A stretch of 64,000 nt of DNA from Paraspadella gotoi (Eukaryota; Animalia; Chaetognatha), in contig CM119263.1 in the NCBI GenBank assembly GCA_051294375.1, positions 30,034,099 through 30,098,098 on the forward strand, given 5' to 3'. This document shows positions 1 to 11,980 of the stretch, in pieces. The translations under genes were made by a program, and so were the position numbers. How positions within the stretch are numbered: position 1 is the stretch's first letter; each line of letters begins with the position of its first letter. Under the pieces are notes generated by a model, which saw only the letters and a program-made list of their open reading frames with translations, had not been told where the DNA came from and did no database searches.

Positions 1-293
1 GAGTTAAGAAATTGTCATTTAGGCGACGAGGATAAGATGAATAAAATACTGTAAGTGAGATGGAGGCTTCGAGTTTAAAACAAAAAATAGATAATTATTC
101 TATTGATAGTATCAAGACTTATTAGTATTGAGCTGCGGGCGATAACAACAAAAGTATGAAACGAATAGATACTTTTATAGAAATAAATAATAAAATACTT
201 TACTATTTCAATTGCAATAGAGAAAGCACTTGAGAACGGCAGTTTAATTTAAGAATCAATTAAAGAAGTTGCAGCAACTCTTCAAGAACTTAC

Positions 294-3200
294 CTTCGGT
301 GTAAGTGAGGTCGTTTTCTCCCAAGGCCGCGGATGCAGCGGCGATAAACATCTTTTCTTTCTCTGGTTCATAAAAAATGGAAAATTACCGATGCCGTTCG
401 ATTGCCATTGCATTTACAGCATCTCACGTATGTCATTGCAGCATATCAAATGTTTCGTTGCACGAGCTCAAGTGCATCATTGCATGTCAAGTGCATCATT
501 GCATAATCTCCCTCGCATCATTAAAGCATCTCAAATTCATCATTACAGCATCTGCCAAGTATCATTACAGCATCTTCAGATCATCATTGCAGCATCTTCA
601 GCTCATCAGTTAAGCATCTTCAGATCATCATTGCCGCATCTTCAGATCATCATTGCAGCATCTTCAGATCATCATTGCAGCATCTTCAGATCATCATTGC
701 AGCATCTACAGATCATCATTGCAGCATCTACAGATCATCATTGCAGCATCTTCAGATCATCATTGCAGCATCTTCAGATCATCATTGCAGCATCTACAGA
801 TCATCATTGCAGCATCTACAGATCATCATTGCAGCATCTACAGATCATCATTGCAGCATCTTCAGATCATCATTGCAGCATCTTCAGATCATCATTCCAG
901 CATTACCGTCGTCGAATCCTTCTTCCTCGTCTCCGTCATCGCCGCCAAATCCTCCGCCGTCGCCTCCACTTATTCCTAACATATTATCTCCGGCCAATGC
1001 GCCTTTAGAAGCTGGAAATAATATTATTAATAATTAATAAATAAATATTCTTTAAAAAATCTTTTACAATAGCTGTCAAGATACTGCTTTATGCCGTCGA
1101 GGTTTTAAGGGTTTACAATTCAAGAATGAAGAAATGAGAGAAGGAGTCGCCAATGGCAACGCGACAAACAAAAACGCAAACTAAACTAAATTGTTTTAGT
1201 ACGGAAGAATTCGATCGAAAATGATTTTTTCAATATTAAAATAAAAATTTTGTTATCAAATTCAATCGAATTCTCCTGGCAGAGTTAATGTAGTAGTTAG
1301 TATTTTATAAGACTGAAAAAAGACTTTGATACGTTTTGATAAAAGATTGAAAATTTTGGACAATCTTTGTCTGTTAATACAACAATAAGTACAACCGATT
1401 TTGATAACCGATTTTGATACTTTAACGATATCTTGAATATAGAATATATGACGTTTCATAGAATATTTGACGTTTCCGTCAGATGCTGGAGAAGAAATCT
1501 TCAGAATGCAGATTCACCACATCAATACTTTTTTTTATTCATCACCAACTAAATGTCTTGTAAATGTTTGTATGATTATCATAATAGTATAATTACTCTG
1601 GTGAATTTCTACGTCTTGGAAATAACAAAACAAATCTAAAAAAATAAAACTCTTTCTAACTTATAATATTTTTTAACGATTACTAATTTTAATCCTATTT
1701 CTCCAACTAATGCACTTTTTTTATTTATCTTTAAACGTAAAATATTTTTAACGATTACTAATTCTTATATTTCTCCAGCTAATTAATGTTTTTTTCATTT
1801 ACCTTGGGTTAATTTGGATTTTTTTATTTTGTTGTTTTTTTTTCTTCCTAGTTATCATTCAGTTAAATTTTTTTTTAAAATTTAGTATTTTTTTATTGAA
1901 GGTTTAGTATCATGTTAATGAAATGCAGTTACTACTGAAAATCTACGCGAATTATTAAAGATGGAATATAACCTATTATATTATTAAAATTTAAATTTAT
2001 ATGCTTTTCCATCCTATTTAAATTTTCTTAGTATACTTTTTGTGATTATGAATAATGTTAATAAAAATATAATATTTTTAAAAACTAAAAAATTAAACCA
2101 TACCAGGAAAATAGCTTGTGAGGGGTTTTGCGCTTCCTTAAAATCAAAACAAAATTCAACAAGATTTTAGTACAATGTTTAACAAGGAATTCATCAGTTT
2201 TTAGATTACAAGTAATATAAATTAATAGTAAAGAATCCAAAAAAATTTAAATTAAGGTCAAGTACGGAATCTGCGACTATTTGGAAAGTTCTGTAAAAAT
2301 AAATTAATAAAATAAAGGTCATTTTTGCACTGTCTCAAATAGCTGTTTCAAACATACCTGCAATATGAGATGACAATTAGCGTAAACAGTATTGCTTTTA
2401 AAACTGACAAACATTTTTACAACTTTTTCTGCGATATCGATAATTATTTAATTAAGCCACAAAACATCGAAACACATATATACAGAAAGGCCCTTCCATA
2501 AACATTTAAATTATACGTTATCAACAAAAATCTACAATTAAAAAGCTCTTACAAACAATAGCTCGTGTTGTAATTACTCTTTTTAAATAGTTCCATGTCA
2601 CATTTCCCAACATCAATCCAAACCCCGCTAAACCCCCTGAACCCCCTAATCACCCACCTTTCTCTCTACCTCACCTCCAATTAACTCACCTTTGACCAGC
2701 GTCGAAGTAACGAATTTGCTGAAGTCTCTCTCCACCAAATCTCGATTCTGTTGTTTGGACGAAAACATGAGAGCGACGTCGTCGTCGGCGTCCGGCAGAC
2801 CCGCCACGCGCTCTTCCGAATCCCAGTCGTCGTCGTCTTCGGGTGCGACCGATTTGGTCGCAGATTTGGAACGGGTCACTACGGGAAATGAGGGTGTTGA
2901 GTGCTCAGTTGCTAAGTTTTCTTTATCTACTTTCTTTTTTTTTCATCTTTTCTTTTCATTATTATCGTTCTTTTCTCCCCTTTTTTTATTGGGTCTTCAT
3001 ATATTTTTATACTTTTTTATTATTACAAACTACAATAATCAAGGTATATATTATTAAACACGCTAAAATCAACAACTTTTTATAATTTTTATAAAAATAA
3101 TCAAAACATAGAGAACCCAAAGTGACATTGGACTTAAAATGACGTAAAGGACCTAATGACTGAACTATATCAATCACAAACAACAAAGAACAAAAAGAGA

Positions 3201-5519
3201 CGCTAATAAAAACAAAAAGACGCTAATTATTTGACAATTCTTTATTCTTCCCTCTTTTTGTTTTTCTTTCTCTCCTCTTTCTCTTTAAACACTAATCAGC
3301 AAAGCATTCAACTATTAAAAATGATTATTAATTAATCGTAAATGATAGCAATAAACTTTAATGGCAACGAAATTAAAACCATTCAATAATTATTGAAAAC
3401 CCGACAATATACAAATGACTTTGAGGAACTCAAAAAACTGAATTGAAATAATTCAAAAGGCACTTGGCTACAACCTCGCTTATACTGACACTGTACTTCT
3501 TTCTAATTTTTACATTTATTTCTTTAAATTCCCATTTTTTAACTTTCCCCTACGCCGTCCCCCTCAGCCGCTTTCAAGCCTTCCTTACCTTTTCAGCCTC
3601 ACCCCTTCCCCATCCTCGCCTCCGACGAAACCTCACCCGCTTTCAACTTGTTCCTGACCCTCTCGGCGACGCTCTTCGGCCTCCCCACGACCGACGCTCT
3701 GGATGTCGGCCTGGATTGTCGGCCTCCGTAGTCGCCATCGTCGTCGTCGTCGTCAAAATCGTCAAAAAAGTTGGAAGCCGAAGTCATTCGTCCGTCGCGG
3801 TCGTCGTCATCTTCCGCGACGGTTCCCATCAGATCGAAGTCCAGCTCGTCGTCATCGTGCGCCTCTGTTTTGGCGGGAAAAACAGGAAGGGAGAGGGGGG
3901 TTAAAAATGGCGGGAAAGTTACATCGAGAAATGAGAAATATGTAGGATTTCAAGATAAAAAATATTAACATCCTTCTCTTCATCGTATTATAAATATATT
4001 AAGTAATTTAGCTAATAACCTATTAGATTCGATATTCAAATGAAATAAATTTAGTATAATGTAGTGAAAAAATTAATCTCGCAATTTTGATGAACATATA
4101 TTTATTAAAACGTAAAATAACGTCAATAACGGAATAAAAAAATATAAATTACTTATCCGTTGTCTGACCGATTCATTCAGATTTCGGTAAAACATTCGTC
4201 ACAAAATAAACTTACCCCTGACCTTCATCGATATTTATCCTCGCCCTAAACCGACTCCCACGCATCATTTCCCCAACCCTACCCTAAAACCTCACCCCAA
4301 CCCTAAAACCCTGACCCCCAACCCTTAAACCCTGACCCCTAACCCTTAAACCCTGACCCCAACCTTAAAACCCTCACCCCGGATCTGCTTCTGTTTCCAT
4401 CTCCACTCTTGCATGTTCGAGTCCGGTGCCATGTAGCTGATCTCCACGGAGACGGTGATCTTGAGGAGACCCCGGTTGAGATCCTCCAACGGTTGGTGGC
4501 GAAGGAAGAGGAAGTTGTCTTCCACGACGCGTTGCATGACCATGCGGAAAAGGCCGAGCACGCGACGGGAACGGTATTTGCGGTCCTGAGGGATTGATTG
4601 ATTTGATTGATTTACTGATTGATCGATTGAGTGAATAATTGATTTATTTTGGTATTATTATTAAATTATTAAGTGATTAGTTAATTAATAAAATAATGAA
4701 TTGATTAATTAATTAATTAATTAATTAATTATTAAGTGATTGATTGATTGATTGCTTGCATTATTACACTGATTATGTGATTCCGTATCTGATTGATTGA
4801 GTGATTGATTGATTGATTGCTTTCGACGAATCGATTGATCGATTGAATTAATGTTTTGATAAGTAAATAAATAAATGAATAAACAAAGAAATAAATGAAA
4901 GAATGTATAATTTGTAGAATTTAATAATCAGGTGATCAAAACTCACCCAATATCCCGTCACGTGACTTTTTCCTCACCTGAACGATAGAAATCTCGACGA
5001 TTTCATCCTGACTGATTTTCCTCGCGACGGGAAATTGGAATTCTTCGTTTACAGTCACAGATTTTGACCTGGAAATTCGTGGGTGAGGAATTGTAGAAGT
5101 GAAATGTTTGGGTAAGGGTTGGCTTTAGGATAAGGCCGGTTTTCCCTAATATTCACTGACCCTTTAATATATCCGTTCACAAAATTAACAACGCTCTCAC
5201 AACTCCAACGACCCCTATCAACTAATTCAATCACAACTCGGACTATTCCAATCAGTACTTCCAAAACCACCAATCAAACTTCGAATCTAATCACTCACTC
5301 CCCACATTACTAATCACCGCTCATTCACCGAGAATCATCAGATCACCAAATCCCAATCACCAATCACTCGCAAATCGCCAAATCGCTCACCCGTCCTTGT
5401 CGTATCTCATCTGTCGACTCAGATGATTCGCGCTCCTGAATTTCGCCTGAACGTAAGAAGCTCCGCCTCGAGGAATGTTTGAAGTGGTTCACCGATTTGA
5501 TGCGGAGGAAGAGCGCCAT
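294..5519 (-). CDS. Otoferlin/ferlin-like protein, N-terminal part (C2A domain + acidic linker); spliced, continues beyond the left edge
   Basis: Exons 5519-5391, 5068-4978, 4585-4378, 3864-3637, 2911-2690, 975-907 and 362-294 have GT-AG ends and compatible phases, given one 1-nt indel in exon 1 near 5488. Translation MALFLRIKSV..NIPRGGASYVQAKFRS..VNEEFQFPVARKISQDEIVEISIVQ|DRKYRSRRVLGLFRMVMQRVVEDNFL..KITVSVEISYMAPD resembles otoferlin C2A (MALLIHLKTV..ETFRWPVASSID..LIGTFRMVLQKVVEE..CVEVRYQATDG). The linker exons are less certain. Confidence 0.75.
556..903 (+). repeat. 22-bp minisatellite (GCAGCATCTWCAGATCATCATT)n in a ferlin intron
   Basis: About 15 near-perfect tandem units, degenerating toward ~400; source of the repetitive ORFs at 377-1037. 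Confidence 0.95.
4255..4372 (+). repeat. Degenerate telomere-like (AACCCT) tract, intronic
   Basis: Imperfect aaccct/aaaccctgacccc units; similar tracts at 14380-14630 and 47245-47310. Confidence 0.6.
4378..4585 (-). CDS. Ferlin C2A exon (DRKYRSRRVLGLFRMVMQRVVEDNFLFL...EISYMAPDSNMQEW)
   Basis: cctcag acceptor, G|GTGAGG donor; best match to the ferlin C2A C-terminal strands. Confidence 0.8.
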
Positions 5520-5709
5520 CGTCGGTGGGGGAGGGGTTAAAGGGAGAGGGTGGTGAGGGTTTAGTGAGGGGGTTGGAGGGTGGAAATTTTGAGGTGGAAA
5601 GGTTGATTGGAGATTCGAAATAGTTTAAATCCGAAATGCGAAGATTCGTTCTTTTTTATATCTTTGGAGATGGGACCGTTGAAGAGTTTATCTTTTTTTT
5701 AAGCGATGC

Positions 5710-5816
<107 letters not shown>

Positions 5817-5974
5817 TTAACTCGTCGTAGATGATCGGATGGTTGTTTTAAATATGTCAAGTTTCTGAATAAAAAAATTATTTCGTTAGGGAACTAAAAT
5901 CCGAAATCATAAAATCATGAAAACGAAAATACGATAAAATTAGTTGTAGAAAGTCGCTCGATTTCGTCAGAGCG

Positions 5975-6008
<34 letters not shown>

Positions 6009-6266
6009 AATTGATTGATTGATTTTAGCGACGAAGGTTTAAAAAAAGATTTTGAATTCGCGACAAAAGAGAAAAAGTTGCAAAAAAATGACACAAAAAT
6101 AGAAAATTGATTGACTTTTATTAACTTTTTGGGCGTCGAAAAAAAAAGAGAGACGTAACGAAATCCGTAAACAGAAAAATGATTTGGCGGAGATTTTTTT
6201 GTTAAATTTTTTACGCCCGTCAATACGTACATTTTTAACTAAGGAGAGAGAGTTGAATAATCCCAA

Positions 6267-6326
<60 letters not shown>

Positions 6327-8067
6327 GAGAGAAACCTGATTTTTTTTTTCTCCGTAATCTTTCTTCTTCGTCATCAAGAGGAAAATGATAAAAAATCTTG
6401 GGAACTCGTTGAGCGACTTTCGACAACGTTGTCGCAGTTTTTGTCGTCGTCATTGTCATCGTTGTATTAGTTGTCGTCGTCATTGTCGTCGTCGTTGTTG
6501 TCGTTTTGAGGTCGAAGCCACATTGATAGAAGGACGAACTTCCGTAACGATTTGAGAAAATCTGACGACTCGATTGTCCCCAGTTTTAAAAATACGAGAA
6601 AGAATGTCATCTGTTTTCTGTCTTATGGGAAGAGAATTTAAAAATAAAAAGGAACCATGAAAAAACATCATGATTGACTAAAAAAAGTAGTAAAATAATG
6701 ACTTCAGATAACATATTACTGATTAAATTAAACTAAATTTACTCGATTGTTTCAAACCAGATTTTTTATTATCGAGTTTTTTCCCCCGAAGAGAGAGGGA
6801 TTGTTTTGCGAACTGATTAGAAATTTCTGGATCGGAAATTTCACAAAAATTTGACATTAACGTGAACATTTTTATTCAAAAATTAAATTGTACGTATCAA
6901 TTAAGAAAAAAAGTCAGGTTAATATCGGTCTCTTATACTAAAATAGGCAAGTCATATCTCTATTTCATTTAAAGGGATAGAATATCAGAGACATTTATTT
7001 TTTACCCGTGATTCTTCTTCTGCGAGTCTTAAGTCGAAATTCCACATTTAAGTTTAAACCAATTTTTTTCGCGTGAAATCCGCCAATTAAATGTACTAAT
7101 TTGTGTTACGATTTTGTTAAAGAACTAAATTCACTGATTTGACTGTTTAAGCCGGTTCCTTTTTTAACCAAAACCGATCTTATTATTAAGCAAGATTAAA
7201 CCTTCTCTTACCTTTGTTGACATAAACTTTGTTGACTTTTTTTATTCGATCAAACTTGAAGAAAATTTTTTTTGTTAAAAGTACCAGACAGGGTTGCTAA
7301 GTTGCTTGGCCGATATACCAGGGGAAAATGTTTGAATTTTTAATGTTTCTTCATTATTTTGGAAAGTAATACCTAATATGGTGATAGTTTCACTAATCAG
7401 CTCTGTCAAATCATTTGAAAAAACGTTTAAAATAAAAATAAAATGATTTAAATATAATTCTAATATTCAATTAGAAATCTAGGGCAGGAAATAACTTATA
7501 ACCTTGTGTTGTATAGATGTTCCCTCTATTTCCAGAAGACAACACTAACATCCCTCTCCCAAATACATAACAAAAAAATTATACTTCATTTAGAAAATAT
7601 AATTAAATCTAATAGATAGTAGAATATATAAAATTTTTACATTAATTTTTAAATTTTAATAAAAAAATTTGAAGTCTAAAATATAAAAACAAGTAATCTT
7701 GCAATTTTTTCCTAAAGATTAAATAATAAAATTCATATCAGAAATACATTTATCATAACACAAGTCCTAAGTCTAAAAATACCTGGACATTAAACACCAA
7801 AAAATCTCTCACTGTGAGAATCTCAGTGTGAGAATTGCGAATACTGCGAAGTCTATTCTCACCCAGAAACTCGACTTTCACTTCGTGTTTCACTGGATTC
7901 TACTCGCGTTCAAACGCGTTTCCATGACATTCACCTCCTCTTCCTCCTCCTATTTCTCCTCCTCCTCCTCCTCCACCTCCTCCCACACAGCTCCTCACCA
8001 TAGAATCACCATATCTTCTCGCTATTCTGTCCCACAGAGAACCAACGAAAGAACGTATTAAAATGAA

Positions 8068-8148
<81 letters not shown>

Positions 8149-9035
8149 CACTCTCTCTCCTCTCTCTCTCTCTCTCGAATTCGACTCTCCCATTCCACAT
8201 CGTTTACAGTTTCGTTTTAATCAACAAACCATAATTTTTTTTTAAATTTCCGAGAAAAAAAATTATCTTTTTTCATCAAAACAAACAACAATTCGCGCGT
8301 TAATTCAGACCCAAAAAAAAAATTAAAAACGTCATGAAATTAATTTTAAACAAATGTAACAGATAATTTACATTCTGGAAATAGAGTTAGAAATGTTTAA
8401 AACGTCCCGTTATGAAATACTATTGAAATTAGTATATAACCAATACAAAAGTTTATTAAATCATTTCATAGATAAATGTAATTGTAATAAATGAAACTTG
8501 AGCACTCCGTTATTTTCAGCTCATTAAAATTTATTTCAAAGAGTTTTTGAAAATTATCAACTAATTTGAAAATAAATAAAATGGAAATACAATATAAACT
8601 TCCAAATAAAAATTAATAATGAAACCGACTTTGTTTATAGTAGAAAAATAAAATTTCGTTTTGGCCAAAAAAAAACATTTTTCACGGAATCCAATTTTCA
8701 ATTTCCCAGGTAAAGAGTCGAGTGAGAGTAATGGAGTGGATTCGTTTGATGGAACCGAAGGATTGCACCGCAGTGGGGCAGCGGAGCATGGCACGGGATG
8801 ATAGCAGCGGAGCATGGCTCGGGATGATAGCAGCGGACCGTGGCACTGGATGATGGCACCGTTAGATGGTGCCGTGTTAAATGGGTATTGGCACCGCAGA
8901 AACGCGAGCTCGAAATGGCTTCTTGTTATGAGACTCGAACGAAACTGGAACCTTTTTTTTTCGCCGAAACTGGAGCCAAATATAGTAGAAGAGCTCGAGA
9001 CGGTTCCATCCGCTGGCGCCAGAGAATCCCAGGTC

Positions 9036-9122
9036 ATGCCATTCTATGCCACGCCCATGCCATGCTATTCTATGCCACGCCCATGCTATTCTATGCCACG
9101 CCCATGCCATGCCATGCCATGC
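9036..9122 (+). repeat. Short 22-bp tandem repeat (CATGCTATTCTATGCCACGCC)
   Basis: 3 units plus a (CATGC)n tail. Confidence 0.8.
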
Positions 9123-9215
9123 TGTAAATTGAAAACGCGCATTATCCTATTATTTTTCGGAATGTTTTGTTTTTTTTCAATTTCACATTTCTTCAAATGA
9201 AATTCACGAACAGAG

Positions 9216-9294
<79 letters not shown>

Positions 9295-9475
9295 TGTCCG
9301 GCCTTTCTCTCCGGCGACTTTGAGACGATGCCGGATCGTAAACATAAATATGATCCTGAATGTGGAAACCTTGTGCAAGGACGGGGGGAGAGAAGGGGGG
9401 GGGGTGAGGAGTGAGGACAAGTAGAAATGAGAGTAAAGGGAGGAAAAAAAGGAAAAGGACAAAAAGTCTGGGGAA

Positions 9476-9890
9476 GTTAGCTTATTTATTTAATGAATGG
9501 ATAATTTTTATATTGGTTGTACCAATTTCATAAAATTAAGCTCCTTGTATTTTGATGCTGGGCGGAGTACAATATAGTATTCCCCGATCTTATACTTAAG
9601 GGAGTGGTCTTTTCATACAATTGAAACATTCTTTGAAACATTATCCTACTTTATTGATAGGGAAGCCAGGTACTCAGGGAGTGAATAAACGGGACTGTGA
9701 GAGAGTCTTGATTGAAAGCTTGCAGGGACCTGCTATGTCATTATCTTGTAAGAGTGATGGAGGCCTGTCCAAAGTCAGGGGCAAGATAGCTTATTTATTA
9801 AATAAATGGTTAATTTTGTTGGCTACCATTACCATTATACTATTACCATTACCATTAATCCATTATACCATTACCATTACCAATTTCATA
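9476..9890 (+). mobile_element. Dispersed ~1.2-mer copy of the ~320-bp element (reverse complement of the array at 24.9-28.2 kb)
   Basis: Shares gcttatttatt..ggttgtaccaatttcata..gcggagtacaat..gactgtgagagagtcttgattgaaagcttgcagggacctgc with the array; ends at accaatttcata. Confidence 0.85.
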
Positions 9891-10599
9891 ATAAAATGGG
9901 ATAGAAAACATAGGAAGGTAGGAACGAGGAATTGGGAGGAATTATTAAAGGACTACATTATCAAAAATTGAAATAAAAATAAACTCACTGCCCAAGCTTA
10001 CCATCATGAGCGAGAGATTATGCAAAGTTTCGCTTCCTCACCTTCGTTCACTGATTTCCTTTCTTCGGGACTCTGAGGGTAAGTCGCTCGTAGGTGAGGT
10101 TTTTTCGAGTAAACACTTTCTTCTGCTGCGGGACATTCTCGGCTTCACTGTCAAAAGTTGTTGTTGTTGTTGTTGTTGTGATTTTCGGTGAAATATTTTC
10201 CTAAAAGTGTCGAGGACGGGCGACTTCAATTTTGGTCAAAACTCTTTGCTCGTCATCATCCTGTCATCGTCGTCTTTGTTGTCACCGTCGTCCTCGTTAT
10301 GTCATCGTCGGCGTAGTCGTCGTCGTCGTCTTTACCATTCCGTCATCATCTTTGTCATCTTCATTTTAACATCTTCCTCGTCGTCATCATCTTCGTCTTT
10401 GTCATCAGCTTCGTCTTCGTCTTCGTCTTTAACATTGTCGTCTTCGTCGTCATCATCGCCTTTGTCGTCGTCGACGTCGTCTTCGTCGTCGTCTTCATCT
10501 TAACCCCTCCTTTCTCTTCTCGGTCGACATTGACTAAAGACTTTCTCTCTCTTCGAGTTTCTCTTGTTTTGGTCTGAGAAACGATTTTCAACGCGGGGC

Positions 10600-10661
<62 letters not shown>

Positions 10662-10825
10662 CGTCGGGATCTGATTTTCATATCTGCGAGGATTAAGGAC
10701 CTTGAAGCTCTTTTTAAATTTATAGTATTAAGCCTAAGGATTAAAAAGTATTGATATTCTACATCATATTTTTATTCATGTTGCGGAATTTTAAATTAAC
10801 TTTACTTAAATCAAGTCCTAAAATC

Positions 10826-11980
10826 GAGTGCCTCGTTCTAATATCCTCATCCACATAGAGCTAAATCTTCCGCTCCTACCTTTCTTAATTATTGCTCCAT
10901 CGCTTCTGCTCCTACTTTTCTTAATTATTGCGCTTCGTGAGTGCCTCGTTCTAATCTTTTCATCCACATAAAGATAAATTTCATGCTCCTACTTTTCTTA
11001 ATTATTGCTTTATCACTTCTGCTCCTACTTTTCTTAATTATTGCTCCATCGCTTCTGCTCCTACTTTTCTTAATTATTGCTCCATCGCTTCTGTGGGAGA
11101 TTGTATTAAAAACATTGTTTGAGCACTTAGCTCTAACCTAATTTGTACCTTGTAGATTTCACTGGCCGAAGCCATTTCACTCTCAAAAATAAGAATCAAT
11201 CCAAATACGAGATTTTAATAAAATAATCAGAGCAGAGCAACAAGAGTGAGCTATTGAGAAATAAGAGAGCCAGAGAGAGAGAGCTAAGATAGAGAGAGAG
11301 CTCAAATAGAGCTCAAAGCTGTACAAAAATAATAATTCAATGATTAGAATTCATTTCAAAGAGTTACAAATATTTCATCATGTTACCTAATGTTTCCTGG
11401 GCAATCTCCTAAAAGTTTAACATCTACTGCCCTTTTATACTTCTTTAAATTTAAATAGACCAATTAAAAACGACTTTCGACTTGAGAATACTACCAATAA
11501 TTGGATCAGAAAGGTCTCGTCCAATCAGAATATAAGAACTAATAATAACCAATGAAATCAAAGAATAGAGGACGAGTTTGAGAATTTAAGCTAGTAACGT
11601 TATTGGTATTCCTATAAAACCGAATATTAATTTCGAAAATTAACTAAATATTTATAAACTATTTAACAGCTTCTGCTCCTACTTTTCTTAATTATTGCGC
11701 TTCGTGAGTGCCTCGTTCTAATCTTTTCATCCACATAGAGATAAATTTCATGCTCCTACTTTTCTTAATTATTGTTTATCGCTCTGCTCCTACTTTTCTT
11801 AATTATTGCTCCATCGCTTCTGCTCCTGCTTTTTTAATTATTGCTCCATCGCTTCTGCTCCTAATTTTCTTAATTATTTATTGCTCCTTCGCTTCTGCTC
11901 CTACTTTTCTTAATTATTTCTCCATCGCTTCTGCTCCTACTTTTTAAATTATTGCTCTATCGCTTCTGCTCCTACTTTTT
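10826..11980 (+). repeat. ~36-bp minisatellite (TTCTTAATTATTGCTCCATCGCTTCTGCTCCTACTT)n interrupted by a solo LTR
   Basis: Tandem units at 10870-11091 and 11669-11980, with a higher-order gagtgcctcgttctaat block three times. Confidence 0.9.
11092..11668 (-). mobile_element. Solo LTR (577 bp) of an LTR retrotransposon
   Basis: TG...CA termini flanked by a perfect 5-bp target duplication GCTTC (11087-11091 and 11669-11673). TATAAAAG on the minus strand near 11431-11438 and several CCAAT boxes. Confidence 0.8.

Noticed and set aside
377-1037. ORFs with LQHLQIIIAASSDHHCSIFRSS repeats; CRISPR-like periodicity
   Set aside because: Pure 22-bp tandem repeat open in all frames, with no unique spacers; eukaryotic intron
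2351-2362. Recursive splice site (TTGCAG|GTATGT, minus strand)
   Set aside because: Intron is only ~1.7 kb and the pyrimidine tract is weak; a chance match is plausible
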